Positions 20,257-28,722 of a stretch of 64,000 bases of DNA are shown here, piece after piece. The translations under genes were made by a program, and so were the position numbers. Source of the DNA: Phycisphaerales bacterium (GTDB taxonomy: Bacteria; Planctomycetota; Phycisphaerae; Phycisphaerales; UBA1924); contig JBOHNM010000002.1 in NCBI GenBank assembly GCA_050730675.1, forward strand, positions 1,395 through 65,394, written 5' to 3'. The notes under the pieces are model-generated. The model was given only the letters and a program-made list of their open reading frames with translations, was not told the DNA's origin and did not search any database. The first letter of the stretch is position 1, and each line of letters opens with the position of its first letter.

Positions 20257-21321
20257 ATGCGGAGCCTGTTTGCCGGGATGTTGTTGACGACGGCGCTGCT
20301 GCTCGGGGCCGGGGCGGAAAGAGTGGATTCTCCGCCGGCGCAGTTGCGGAGGGACGTGGTGGCGGCGATCGGGTCACCCGCCGGTGTCGTCATGTTGCCG
20401 CGGCTGGGGGCCGGCGATGGGGCGTGGACGGTGTACGCGAGCGGTTCGGTCGTGAAGTCGCCGCGGTTTGAGTTGCGGATCGATTGCGAGGCAGCGCGTG
20501 CCGCGGTCGAGGGTGACTTCAATGCATCGACCTGCGCGGGGTTGCTCGACGCGTGGGGGTTGGCCAACGGGCGCGACGCGGAGTTGCGGGCTGAGTTGAT
20601 CCCGGCCGAGCATGCGAAGGTGATCGGTGCGGACGGGTCCGAGCGATCAGCACAGAAATATGCTGGTCCGCCGCTGGTTCGCGCGGAGGCAAGTTGGTCG
20701 GCGCGGTCGAGGCCGGTGGGGACCGTTGCGCGGGCGCTGGTGTGCGACGCCGGGTGGCCGGGGGTCCTGGGCATCGAGCCGCCCGAGGCGGCGTGGCTGG
20801 CGGTGCTGCGCTTGGACGCCCTCGGGCTCGGGCGGTTCGGACACGGGGTGCTGGGCGGGTGGCCCGGGCTGGTGCGGCTGGCGATCCGGTCGATCGGCCT
20901 TGCCGAGAGCGGCAAGAGCCTCCCGGTGTGGGAGGAGGCGGAGTCGGCGTGGATGCGGCAGCACACCGATGTGTTCCGCGCTGTCTGCGGGTCGCTGGGC
21001 CGCTGGGTGCTGGTCGGCGGTCTGGCCTCCGGCGACGGCGTGGTGGTCATCGCCGAGGCGACCGGCAGCGGGCAGCGGGCCGAGGCGGCGTCGGCCGAGG
21101 TGGCCAAGGCGTTCGGTGGTGAGGTCGTGCGTGAGGGCGAGGTGTACAGCATCAGGGCCTCCGACGATCGGCTGGTGGCGAGCCTCGCGTGGACTGTCCG
21201 CAAGATAGGCACACGAGCGTGGATCGTGGCGGTGATCGGCGCCGACGCCAAGACGCCGGCGGCCGCGCTGGTTGCCAAGGCCGCGGCGGGGTTGCGCGAA
21301 CCGCGACCGGAAAAAAAGTGA
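20257..21321 (+). CDS. hypothetical secreted protein
   Basis: Start trimmed to ATG 20257 (MRSLFAGMLLTTALLLGAGA signal). No family recognised. Confidence 0.5.
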   Translation: MRSLFAGMLLTTALLLGAGAERVDSPPAQLRRDVVAAIGSPAGVVMLPRLGAGDGAWTVYASGSVVKSPRFELRIDCEAARAAVEGDFNASTCAGLLDAWGLANGRDAELRAELIPAEHAKVIGADGSERSAQKYAGPPLVRAEASWSARSRPVGTVARALVCDAGWPGVLGIEPPEAAWLAVLRLDALGLGRFGHGVLGGWPGLVRLAIRSIGLAESGKSLPVWEEAESAWMRQHTDVFRAVCGSLGRWVLVGGLASGDGVVVIAEATGSGQRAEAASAEVAKAFGGEVVREGEVYSIRASDDRLVASLAWTVRKIGTRAWIVAVIGADAKTPAAALVAKAAAGLREPRPEKK

Positions 21322-21327
21322 GCGCGC

Positions 21328-22167
21328 TCAGGCCGGGAAGGTTGCGCTGGTCTTTTCGGTTTCCCAGACCGTGACGCCGACCAGCTCGGCGCTGCCGCGG
21401 GCGGCATCGCGGATCGCCGGCTCCAGCCAGCGGTGGCAGACGGCGGCGATGTTCTCCACCGACGGGTTCATGCCTCCGGCGCGGGAACAGTCGAATTCCG
21501 GCAGGTCGAGGTTCAGGTGCTTGTGGTCGAGGCGCTCGATGACCGTGGCCGCGACGATCGGCTCGAGGTCCGCCAGCGAGAAGACGCGGCTTCCGCCCAG
21601 CCGCACACGCACGCACGGTTCGACCACATAATTGTGTCCATGTCCGCTGGGATGATTGCACTTGCCGAACATCACCCGGTTCGCCTCGTCGCTCATCGCC
21701 GGCACATGCAGGCGGTGGGAGGCGGCGAACTCGAACCGCTGGCGGAGCAGCGCCGTGGTTGAATCGGACTTGATCATCTCAATCCCATAGTACGGTGTGA
21801 GCATCCAGCGGACGCTCGCCAGCGAGCCGCCCAGCGCGGCATCGAGCGCGGGGATGAACTCGGCCATGACCGCGCCGGGGTCAGTTTCCGGCCGCTGTTC
21901 GCACGCGTGAGCGATGGTCGGGATGGCGGCTGTTCGCACCGCACGGTCGATCACCTTGATGTCCATGAAATAGCCGGTGGCGGCATCGACCTCGCCGTGG
22001 CAGGTGACGGTCATCTCATAGTGCCGCCCTAGCCCACGCATAGCGGGTACGCCAGCGTAGCCGTTGTCACCCTTCAAGGGGACATCGGTTCCTGCAGCGG
22101 CGTTGAGCGCAAATCTGACCGTTCGCTGGAGCGTGTGCATTCGCCGGAAGCGTATCGGTGTGGACAT
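21328..22167 (-). CDS. 6-pyruvoyl-tetrahydropterin / 6-carboxytetrahydropterin synthase family protein (two-lobed)
   Basis: Start trimmed to ATG 22167; the track ORF runs to 23322 through junk. The C-terminal half has FGKCNHPSGHGHNY...LDHKHLNLD...NPSVENIA (QueD/PTPS motifs). The N-terminal half is PTPS-like but lacks the Cys/His motif. Confidence 0.8.
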   Translation of the reverse strand: MSTPIRFRRMHTLQRTVRFALNAAAGTDVPLKGDNGYAGVPAMRGLGRHYEMTVTCHGEVDAATGYFMDIKVIDRAVRTAAIPTIAHACEQRPETDPGAVMAEFIPALDAALGGSLASVRWMLTPYYGIEMIKSDSTTALLRQRFEFAASHRLHVPAMSDEANRVMFGKCNHPSGHGHNYVVEPCVRVRLGGSRVFSLADLEPIVAATVIERLDHKHLNLDLPEFDCSRAGGMNPSVENIAAVCHRWLEPAIRDAARGSAELVGVTVWETEKTSATFPA

Positions 22168-22265
22168 GAGCGAAGCGGCATTCTCGCCTATGGGGTTCGG
22201 TTGGTGTACCCTTGCACTTGGGGGAACTACGAATAGCCCCGTGCACCAACCACCAGGAGTTGACC

Positions 22266-22478
22266 ATGAAGACCCGTACTGCTGCGTTCGCGATCCTCGC
22301 CGGCCTGTGCCTCGTTGCTGTCGGCTGCGAGGAGAAGAAGGCTGACGTCCAGAAGGCCGCCGACGCCGCCAAGAAGGAAGTCGACAAGGCCGCAGACAAG
22401 ACCAAGGCCGCTGCTGACGCTGCCAAGAAGGAAGTCGACAAGGCCACGACCCCGGCCCCGGCTCCCGCGCCGAAGTAA
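22266..22478 (+). CDS. small lipoprotein with duplicated AADAAKKEVDKA motif
   Basis: MKTRTAAFAILAGLCLVAVGC lipobox. A 24-nt stretch, GCCAAGAAGGAAGTCGACAAGGCC, occurs twice. Confidence 0.5.
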   Translation: MKTRTAAFAILAGLCLVAVGCEEKKADVQKAADAAKKEVDKAADKTKAAADAAKKEVDKATTPAPAPAPK

Positions 22479-22560
22479 TCCGGCGGCGAGCGACAATTGA
22501 ACATAGCATGTGGCGGGCGAGGGGAATCCCTCGCCCGGCATTGTTATTTTGGAGAAAATC

Positions 22561-23280
22561 ATGGCCTGCTGCTGCCTGACCGGAACGATGCGTTCGACCC
22601 TGGTGCTGGCTTTCGCTGCCGCGGCGGGATTGGGGCTGGTTGCCGCCCTGACGGCGCGGGCGGATGACCCGAAACCGACACCAACACCTGCTCCACCCGC
22701 AGCGCCGGCCACGCCCGCCGCTCCTCAGGCACCGGCGAAGCCGGGCATGATGCCTGCACCGGCCGCGCCCGCCGATCCGGCGTACGTGCTGGGGTTCACG
22801 GTGAAGTCGATCGACGGGAAGGATGTGAACCTCGCTGACTACAAGGGCAAGGTGGTGATGATCGTGAACGTGGCGAGCAAGTGCGGGTTGACGCCGCAGT
22901 ACGAGGCGCTGGAGAAGCTGTACAAGGCCAAGAAGGACGCGGGGCTGGTGATCCTGGGTTTTCCGGCGAACAACTTCAAGAACCAGGAGCCGGGGACGGA
23001 GAAGGAGATCGCGGAGTTCTGCACGAGCAAGTACTCGGTGACGTTCCCGATGTTCGCGAAGGTCTCGGTGAAGGGGGCGGACCAGGCGCCGCTGTACAAG
23101 AAGATCACTTCGCTCCCCAAGCCTGTGGGTGAGGAACCGTCGTGGAATTTCACGAAGTACCTGGTCGATCGGGACGGACGGGTTGTGGCGCGGTTTGATC
23201 CGCAGACCAAGCCGGACGACAAGGCGGTGACGGAGAAGATCGACGTGCTGCTGGCCGCGAAGGCGACGGAGAAGAAGTAG
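22561..23280 (+). CDS. glutathione peroxidase with signal peptide and Pro/Ala linker
   Basis: KGKVVMIVNVASKCGLTPQYEALEKLY...GFPANNFKNQEPG...WNFTKYLVDR. The peroxidatic residue is Cys (TGC), not Sec. Alternative start at 22588. Confidence 0.9.
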   Translation: MACCCLTGTMRSTLVLAFAAAAGLGLVAALTARADDPKPTPTPAPPAAPATPAAPQAPAKPGMMPAPAAPADPAYVLGFTVKSIDGKDVNLADYKGKVVMIVNVASKCGLTPQYEALEKLYKAKKDAGLVILGFPANNFKNQEPGTEKEIAEFCTSKYSVTFPMFAKVSVKGADQAPLYKKITSLPKPVGEEPSWNFTKYLVDRDGRVVARFDPQTKPDDKAVTEKIDVLLAAKATEKK

Positions 23281-23328
23281 ATTGCGGCGAAGCGGCAGTG
23301 GCGAAGTGAAAAGAGACTGCAAATGAAA

Positions 23329-23351
23329 GGCCCCGGAGCCGCTCCGGGGCC
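23329..23351. terminator. bidirectional rho-independent terminator
   Basis: GGCCCCGGAG-CCG-CTCCGGGGCC, a 10-bp stem flanked by AAA upstream and TTT downstream. It lies between the convergent gpx and PEP-CTERM genes. Confidence 0.7.
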
Positions 23352-23389
23352 TTTGTCATTGGGCAAGCATGTGAACAGATCTGTGGTTG

Positions 23390-24007
23390 TCAGCGGCGGC
23401 GGCGGAAGGCGGCGATGCTCGCGAGGGAGGCGAGGGCCGCGGCCGAGGGGGAGGGGACGACGGTGAGGACGCCGAGGTTGGGCGTGGCGCCGTAGCTGGC
23501 GTTGTAGGTGAGGCCGTTGTTGCTGCCGGCGCCGTCGATGTCGGCGAGGGTCCAGCCGACGTTGCCGCCGGTGAGCAACGGGTCGAGGTTGAAGCGGAAC
23601 GTGTACCAGTAGGTGCCGGGGCTGGCGGGTGTGGTGAAGGAGGCCTGGTACTCGTCGTCGTTGCCGTTCTGAACGTTGAACGTGGCGGGGAACCAGGTCC
23701 ACAGCGCGTCGTTGACGAGCGGGTCGCTTCCGGCGGGGCCGTAACCGAGCTGCGCGGTAATGCTGACGTGAGCGCCGGCGGCCGGGGTCATGCCCGCTTC
23801 GTAGATACGGCCGTAGATCACGCCGGTGCTGGTGCTGACGGGAAGGGTCAGCGTGTAGGGAAATTGGAGGTTGACGAAGTCGGCTTCTTCGCTGAAGTTC
23901 GTCTCGTTGAGATAGTGCGGCACGACGACACCGGCGAGGGCGGGGGACGTCATTGCGGCGGTGGCCAAGGCCAGCGGGGCAAGGATCTGCACAACGGGAT
24001 AATGCAT
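23390..24007 (-). CDS. PEP-CTERM-type sorting-signal protein
   Basis: N-terminal signal (LAPLALATAAMTSPALA). The C-terminus VVPSPSAAALASLASIAAFRRRR has the [VPxP]-TM-Arg-cluster layout of PEP-CTERM anchors, here as VPSP. Confidence 0.7.
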   Translation of the reverse strand: MHYPVVQILAPLALATAAMTSPALAGVVVPHYLNETNFSEEADFVNLQFPYTLTLPVSTSTGVIYGRIYEAGMTPAAGAHVSITAQLGYGPAGSDPLVNDALWTWFPATFNVQNGNDDEYQASFTTPASPGTYWYTFRFNLDPLLTGGNVGWTLADIDGAGSNNGLTYNASYGATPNLGVLTVVPSPSAAALASLASIAAFRRRR

Positions 24008-24128
24008 GCTCTCTCTCCTGAATGGGCAGCTTGTGCCGCCGGTGTAGAGGAAAGGTACTTGGTGCCGGCGAAAATGCCAAGAAACGCCGTGATTCTGGAG
24101 GGCCGAGGGCCGCCCGCGACCGCGGTCG

Positions 24129-24578
24129 TCAGGCCGCGCGGGGCTGGGCCTGGTTGTGGCTGCTGGCCTGCGGCGGGAGTTCCGATGACGCTGAAGATGT
24201 CAGGCCACTACGGACAGCCGCGGTGGCTTGTGATGGCCCGTTTGTGATGCCCGTGAGCGGAGATTGGCCGCGCGAGGAGAACGATGCCGAGTGCGGCGGT
24301 GGGGGCGAAGATTGAATCGCTCCTGCTGCGCCGGGTGTCGTCTTGGGAGAGGAAGCCGTGTGAGAGGACTGGGAGACCGCCGGCTGCTGGACTGCTGGCG
24401 AAGACGCCGCGGATGGCGCTTGGAGGGTGGCTTCGGCCTTGTCGCAGAGGTCGAGGACGGCCATGGCGGCGAGGCGGCGCTCGCGGGCGGAGGCTTTGGG
24501 ATCCTCGGCGATGGCGAGGAGGGCATCGGCGGAGCGCCAGCGGGTCGAGGTGATCAGGCTGGGGGAGGGTTGGGGCAT
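24129..24578 (-). CDS. hypothetical Ser/Pro/Ala-rich protein
   Basis: ATG at 24578. The first ~50 codons show strong C-ending GC3 (MPQPSPSLITSTRWRSADALLAIAEDPKASARERRLAAMAVLDL). The rest is low complexity. Weak call. Confidence 0.4.
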   Translation of the reverse strand: MPQPSPSLITSTRWRSADALLAIAEDPKASARERRLAAMAVLDLCDKAEATLQAPSAASSPAVQQPAVSQSSHTASSPKTTPGAAGAIQSSPPPPHSASFSSRGQSPLTGITNGPSQATAAVRSGLTSSASSELPPQASSHNQAQPRAA

Positions 24579-24721
24579 GTTCGGAATATACCGTACTGTT
24601 GCCAAGTGTGCAAGCACCTAACAAAAAGATTTGCAAAATTGTTAGTCGGGTCGTTTCGTCGAGATCGGCACCGATTCGCGTGGGCGGTGTGGGTTTCTGT
24701 TGCCGTGGAGGGGCATTGATC

Positions 24722-25306
24722 ATGGCGGCACTGCGGCGGCGAGGGGCGGCCGCGGTAGGGTTGGGGATGAACCGGCGGCGCGGCATGGCGAGGCGGAGGG
24801 GATCGGCCCGGGCGCCGTGGGGCGTGTGGGCGCTGGCGGCGGCGACGGCGGTGCTGATCGTGCTGCAGGTCGTCACGGGGTGGTTCGGGATTACCTACAG
24901 CAGTCCACGCATTTGTGTGGAGCTGGATTCGGGCCGGTTCGCGTGCACCGTGACGCAGGAGCCGGTGCCGCCGGCGCCGGTGTTTGTTGATCCCGGGTTG
25001 CATTGGAAATGGCAGGGCCAGGGGCCGAGCTGGGTTTTCTGGCCGCGGATGGAGTCGGGGATGAACGTGATTGGGCCGTGGACCGTGGTCCAGGCGGACC
25101 TGGTGGAGATTCCGGTGTGGTGCGTGCTGGCGCCCGTCGGAGCGTTGGCGCTGCTGCGGTGGCACGCATGGCGGCGGCGGGGGGCATTGGGGGCGTGCGG
25201 GGCGTGCGGGTATGACTTGAGTGGGCTTACGTCGGGAGCGCCGTGCCCGGAGTGCGCGGCGGTGCAGGTCACGGAGAGACTCGAAGCATGCGGCGGGCAG
25301 GCATGA
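24722..25306 (+). CDS. zinc-ribbon-tailed membrane protein, paralog 1
   Basis: Arg-rich N-terminus, TM (WGVWALAAATAVLIVLQVV), ~110-aa loop, second TM (IPVWCVLAPVGALALL), then RWHAWRRRGALGACGACGYDLSGLTSGAPCPEC. Confidence 0.65.
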   Translation: MAALRRRGAAAVGLGMNRRRGMARRRGSARAPWGVWALAAATAVLIVLQVVTGWFGITYSSPRICVELDSGRFACTVTQEPVPPAPVFVDPGLHWKWQGQGPSWVFWPRMESGMNVIGPWTVVQADLVEIPVWCVLAPVGALALLRWHAWRRRGALGACGACGYDLSGLTSGAPCPECAAVQVTERLEACGGQA

Positions 25307-25755
25307 ACGTGTGGAGGCGTATGCCGCGGCGCCCGTGGGTGCTGACGGCGCTGGCGGCGGTGGTGCTGGCGGTGATGGTCGCGACGGGGTGGGTGGGAAC
25401 GCGGTACTGGGGGCGGACCTTTTCCGTGGGGCTGCTGCACGGGCGGGTGGAGTGGGAGGGATTTGACGGCCAGGCGCGCATGACCCGGCATGGGGACGGG
25501 CCTGATTGGTATTTCTGGGGCGGCGACGGCGGGCGATGGGAGATGGGGGCGGAGTGGGGGAAGTGGCCGCCGGGGAACGGGGAGTTTCGCTATTGCTCGG
25601 TGCCGCTGTGGGTGCTGGTGGCGTTCGTGGCGGGGCTGGCAGGGTGGCGGTGGCGGCGGTAGGTGGTGTGGCGGCGACGCACGAGAATGGGGTGCTGCGC
25701 GGCGTGCGGGTATGACGTGCGGGGGATTGCGGGCGGGGTTGTCTCGAAGTCGTGA
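25303..25755 (+). pseudogene. zinc-ribbon-tailed membrane protein, paralog 2, disrupted
   Basis: ATGA start/stop overlap with paralog 1. Same TM-loop-TM plan, but an in-frame TAG at 25660-25662 sits exactly in the Arg-rich junction (WRWRR*VVWRRRTRMGCCAACGYDVRG). The second Cys pair (CPECG) is missing. Confidence 0.5.
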
Positions 25756-25931
25756 ACGAGCTGGCACTACGCGATATGGCGTGAAGTACGAGAAGCAAGC
25801 TACAAGACACAAAGGCGAGCAGAAGAAGCAGATGGGATGGCGTGACACTATGGAGCAGGCCTGGGGCAGATGATGTTGGGGCGTGCCGCTGCGTAGCGGC
25901 GCGTGCCGCGGCACCCATCAGGAGGCGATCC

Positions 25932-26117
25932 ATGTTCACGATCGGGATTGACGCTCACTTCATGTTCTACGCGGTGTGCGTGCTTGACGGCGAGGGACAA
26001 GTCGTCAAGGAATGCACGATCAGGGGCGGGCCGGACGCCGTGGCGGGCTTCGTGCGGGAGCTGGGCGAACCGGCGCGGGCCTGCTTGGAGGCGTCGTGCG
26101 GGTACGCCTGCTCATAG
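25932..26117 (+). mobile_element. IS110-family transposase, N-terminal stub only (~61 codons)
   Basis: GGAGG plus ATG, then MFTIGIDAHFMFYAVCVLDGEGQVVKECTIRGGPDAVAGFVRELGEPARACLEASCGY. This resembles the DEDD/RuvC-like N-terminus of IS110 transposases (xIGIDxxK...). It stops after 61 aa and no IS ends were identified. Confidence 0.55.
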
Positions 26118-26198
26118 ATGGGGGCAAGTCGGCACAGGGATGCCGCAGGCGAAGCGCGCCCGCACGCATGGAGGCGAAGGAATTGCAGTCTGTTCTCC

Positions 26199-26981
26199 AT
26201 GCTCCGTTGGTACACTGGCTTGGTGGCCAAGTCTCCATCCTTGTTGCGATTGCTGATTCTCGCCGCGGCGTCCGGCGTCGTGGCTACTGCGATGCTGGCG
26301 GCGCCGGTGCCGATGTTCGTGCGTTGGGTGGGGTTTGAGCAACCCAGCTTGGCGTCCAGGTCAAGCCCGTTCGGAGTGCCTTCCACGATCTCGCGCCGCG
26401 ATTCGTTGTTCACGGAAGTGTGGAGCGTGGTTCTTGGCCGGCGTCAAGGCATTGTCGTCAACTGGAACCCCGAGTACTTCGAGGCTGCGATTTCGAATGC
26501 TGACTCCGGCCCGGCACCTGCGTTCGTTCCGGAGTCGATTCCAGAGCCGCCGCCCGCGCCGGCATGGGTGGTGACCGAGTTCAAGCTCACCAAGCCTCGG
26601 GCCTACGTTGACGGCCTATCCACTACAGCCACCGGGTGGCCGTTCCGCGCTCTGTCGTTCGTGCATTGGTCCGGCTCCGAGTATCCGCTTGGCGTGCCGA
26701 TGGCGCGAGGGACAAGCGTCGATATCGACGGCATCGCTCACGGTTGGCGCATCGGTACCGACCGATACTTGCCGCTGGTGATTCCGACTCGCCCGATCTG
26801 GCCTGGCCTTGCCGCCAACATCCTCATCTGGAGTGTGGTTTCGGTACCGTGTATTCGCGGCGCTTACATGCTGCGTGCGCGGCTCCGGCGACAGCGCGGA
26901 CTCTGCTCTGACTGTGCGTACGTGACGGCGGGTTTGCCCGCTCAAGGTGTCTGCCCGGAGTGTGGGCGCCGCTTGGCTTAG
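26199..26981 (+). CDS. zinc-ribbon-tailed membrane protein, paralog 3
   Basis: TM (LLRLLILAAASGVVATAMLAA), large loop, TM (IWPGLAANILIWSVVSVPCI), then RARLRRQRGLCSDCAYVTAGLPAQGVCPECGRRL. Confidence 0.65.
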   Translation: MLRWYTGLVAKSPSLLRLLILAAASGVVATAMLAAPVPMFVRWVGFEQPSLASRSSPFGVPSTISRRDSLFTEVWSVVLGRRQGIVVNWNPEYFEAAISNADSGPAPAFVPESIPEPPPAPAWVVTEFKLTKPRAYVDGLSTTATGWPFRALSFVHWSGSEYPLGVPMARGTSVDIDGIAHGWRIGTDRYLPLVIPTRPIWPGLAANILIWSVVSVPCIRGAYMLRARLRRQRGLCSDCAYVTAGLPAQGVCPECGRRLA

Positions 26982-26990
26982 TTGTGCATT

Positions 26991-27566
26991 TCACAGTTGT
27001 TTGGAGAGACCGCCGCACTCCGGGCAGGGGATTCCTGGGGCGAGTCCCGACAGGTCGTAGCCGCACTTGAGGCAGTGGCCTGTCATGGCGCGGCGGCGGG
27101 CCTTGAGGCCGGACCAGAGCAGGAGGCCGCCGCCGAGGAGTGAGGCGAGGGCGAAGGGCCAGGGGATCATCAGCACCGCCGTGCGCATGGGGAATGAGGG
27201 AGGTGAATCGAATCGCTCGTAGCCCACGATCCACACATTCAAGCTGGATGAAGGGGGAAATGCGGAGGCGCTTCCGATGAGACGCTCATCAATGAGCCAA
27301 TACCAGGATTGGTCGGGCGACACCGGCCCACGGCGACGGGCGCTCAAGGACGGGCCGCTGGGTGACTGGGTGCGGTACTCGGCAACGTAAAGAAGACCAC
27401 CATCGCAACCAAGGCGCCACTGGGCCCACTGCGCGCCCATCCACCACCACCGCGACGCGCCCCATACACCCGTGATGAGCACGCCGATCGCCAAAAGGAA
27501 CCGCCCCGCGAGCCGCCGCTTGCGGCCGGAGCGTTTGGGGCGCGGCGCCTTGGGTGGGAGGGGCAT
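26991..27566 (-). CDS. zinc-ribbon-tailed membrane protein, paralog 4
   Basis: Arg/Lys-rich N-terminus, TM (FLLAIGVLITGVWGA), loop, TM (IPWPFALASLLGGGLLLW), then KARRRAMTGHCLKCGYDLSGLAPGIPCPECGG. Confidence 0.7.
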   Translation of the reverse strand: MPLPPKAPRPKRSGRKRRLAGRFLLAIGVLITGVWGASRWWWMGAQWAQWRLGCDGGLLYVAEYRTQSPSGPSLSARRRGPVSPDQSWYWLIDERLIGSASAFPPSSSLNVWIVGYERFDSPPSFPMRTAVLMIPWPFALASLLGGGLLLWSGLKARRRAMTGHCLKCGYDLSGLAPGIPCPECGGLSKQL

Positions 27567-27699
27567 GGGGAGAGTCTACGGACACCCTGCAATTCGGTGG
27601 CGTCCTTGTGGGGCCGGAGCGGTGCTCCGTGTTGAGATGCCGAGTTCGTAGACGACTGTTTCGCCTGCACGAATGGTGGTTGTCCACGGCTAGTGACGT

Positions 27700-28473
27700 T
27701 CAGCCCCTGCGGGTTGATGAGGCGGGGCCGCACTCGGGGCAGGGGGCGGTTGGGGTGAGGCCGGCGCGGAGGTAGGCGCAGCGGGGGCAGCGGTTGCGGG
27801 CACTTCGCCAGCGGGCGCGGAGGGCTGTCAGGCCGAGGGAGAGGATCCACAGACCTGTTCCGAGGACGACAGCGTCGGCGAGGAGGCCGCGCCAGAGGAT
27901 GGAGGTCGGCCAGACCATGGGGACGCGGGTGTCGTCGAGGCCGGGACGGGTGAGCCAGAGTGCGCCGCGGAGGACGGCGGGCTGGGTCATTGTGGAGAGT
28001 CGGTCGCGGCCGCTGCAGGAAGCGGCGCAGGGCAGGGGCCACCCGAAGGCGTCGGCGGTGATATGGATGGACCAGGAATTGGCCTCGGTGGCACTGGGGA
28101 GGTCGTCTTCGATGCCGCGGAGCCACCAGGGCCAGACTTCGCTCGCTTCTTGAGTCGGGCGGGGGAATGCGGCGTGCCCTTGCGCGGTGCAGGTGATCCG
28201 CGCCCATTGGGAGGTGTCGGTGACGGCCCATTCGGTGCCGCGGAGGTAGAACCAGCGGGGAGGGGGAGGTATGGGCCCGATTGGTTCGGACGGTTCGAGA
28301 TCTTCAAATTGGAAGGGTGAGCTGGTCACCCAGACGCGGACCTGCGCGGGCGGCGGGCTCTTGGCGCCCCATTCGACGATGTAGGCACGGATGTTGGCGA
28401 GGAGGAGAGCGACGATCGCGCCGGCGAGGAGGAAGCGGAGGACTCGCCATAGTTTTGAGCGGCGCGGGAGCAT
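27700..28473 (-). CDS. zinc-ribbon-tailed membrane protein, paralog 5
   Basis: TM (VLRFLLAGAIVALLLA), ~190-aa loop, TM (LLADAVVLGTGLWILSLGL), then RARWRSARNRCPRCAYLRAGLTPTAPCPECG. Confidence 0.7.
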   Translation of the reverse strand: MLPRRSKLWRVLRFLLAGAIVALLLANIRAYIVEWGAKSPPPAQVRVWVTSSPFQFEDLEPSEPIGPIPPPPRWFYLRGTEWAVTDTSQWARITCTAQGHAAFPRPTQEASEVWPWWLRGIEDDLPSATEANSWSIHITADAFGWPLPCAASCSGRDRLSTMTQPAVLRGALWLTRPGLDDTRVPMVWPTSILWRGLLADAVVLGTGLWILSLGLTALRARWRSARNRCPRCAYLRAGLTPTAPCPECGPASSTRRG

Positions 28474-28722
28474 TGGGAGCGGGCAATGCTAGGGTAAAAA
28501 GTGTGGCGATCAGGAGGAGGAGTTTGGCGAAGGGTTCGGTGGTGCGTGGGCTGACGTCGGCGGCGACGTGGCACTTAGTTGGCTCGCGAAGATGCATCGA
28601 TCGGCTCCAGCGATAGACGAGCAGGCAATCGACAGGCCCCGGAACGCTGCGGAGCTTTTTGTTCGGGTGCAGTCGGATGATGTGTCGCGATGGCGGGCCT
28701 CCCGTTCGGTACCGCCGCCCGT

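Noticed and set aside
22871-22894. Selenocysteine in the glutathione peroxidase active site
   Set aside because: The active-site codon in VASKCGLT is TGC (Cys), not TGA. No SECIS-like requirement arises.
22168-23322. 385-codon 5' extension of the PTPS/QueD-like ORF
   Set aside because: It runs antisense through the lipoprotein and glutathione peroxidase genes and has no motifs. The homologous region starts at ATG 22167.
25660-25662. In-frame TAG in paralog 2 as programmed readthrough or pyrrolysine
   Set aside because: No pyl genes or recoding signals are visible. The downstream tail has also lost the second Cys pair, and an IS remnant lies adjacent, so simple pseudogenisation is more parsimonious.
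24554-25939. 461-aa minus-strand ORF (Pro/Arg/Ala-rich) spanning the paralog region
   Set aside because: It is antisense to paralogs 1 and 2, which have clear TM and zinc-ribbon structure. The composition is the low-complexity Pro/Arg pattern expected from reading GC-rich genes on the wrong strand.
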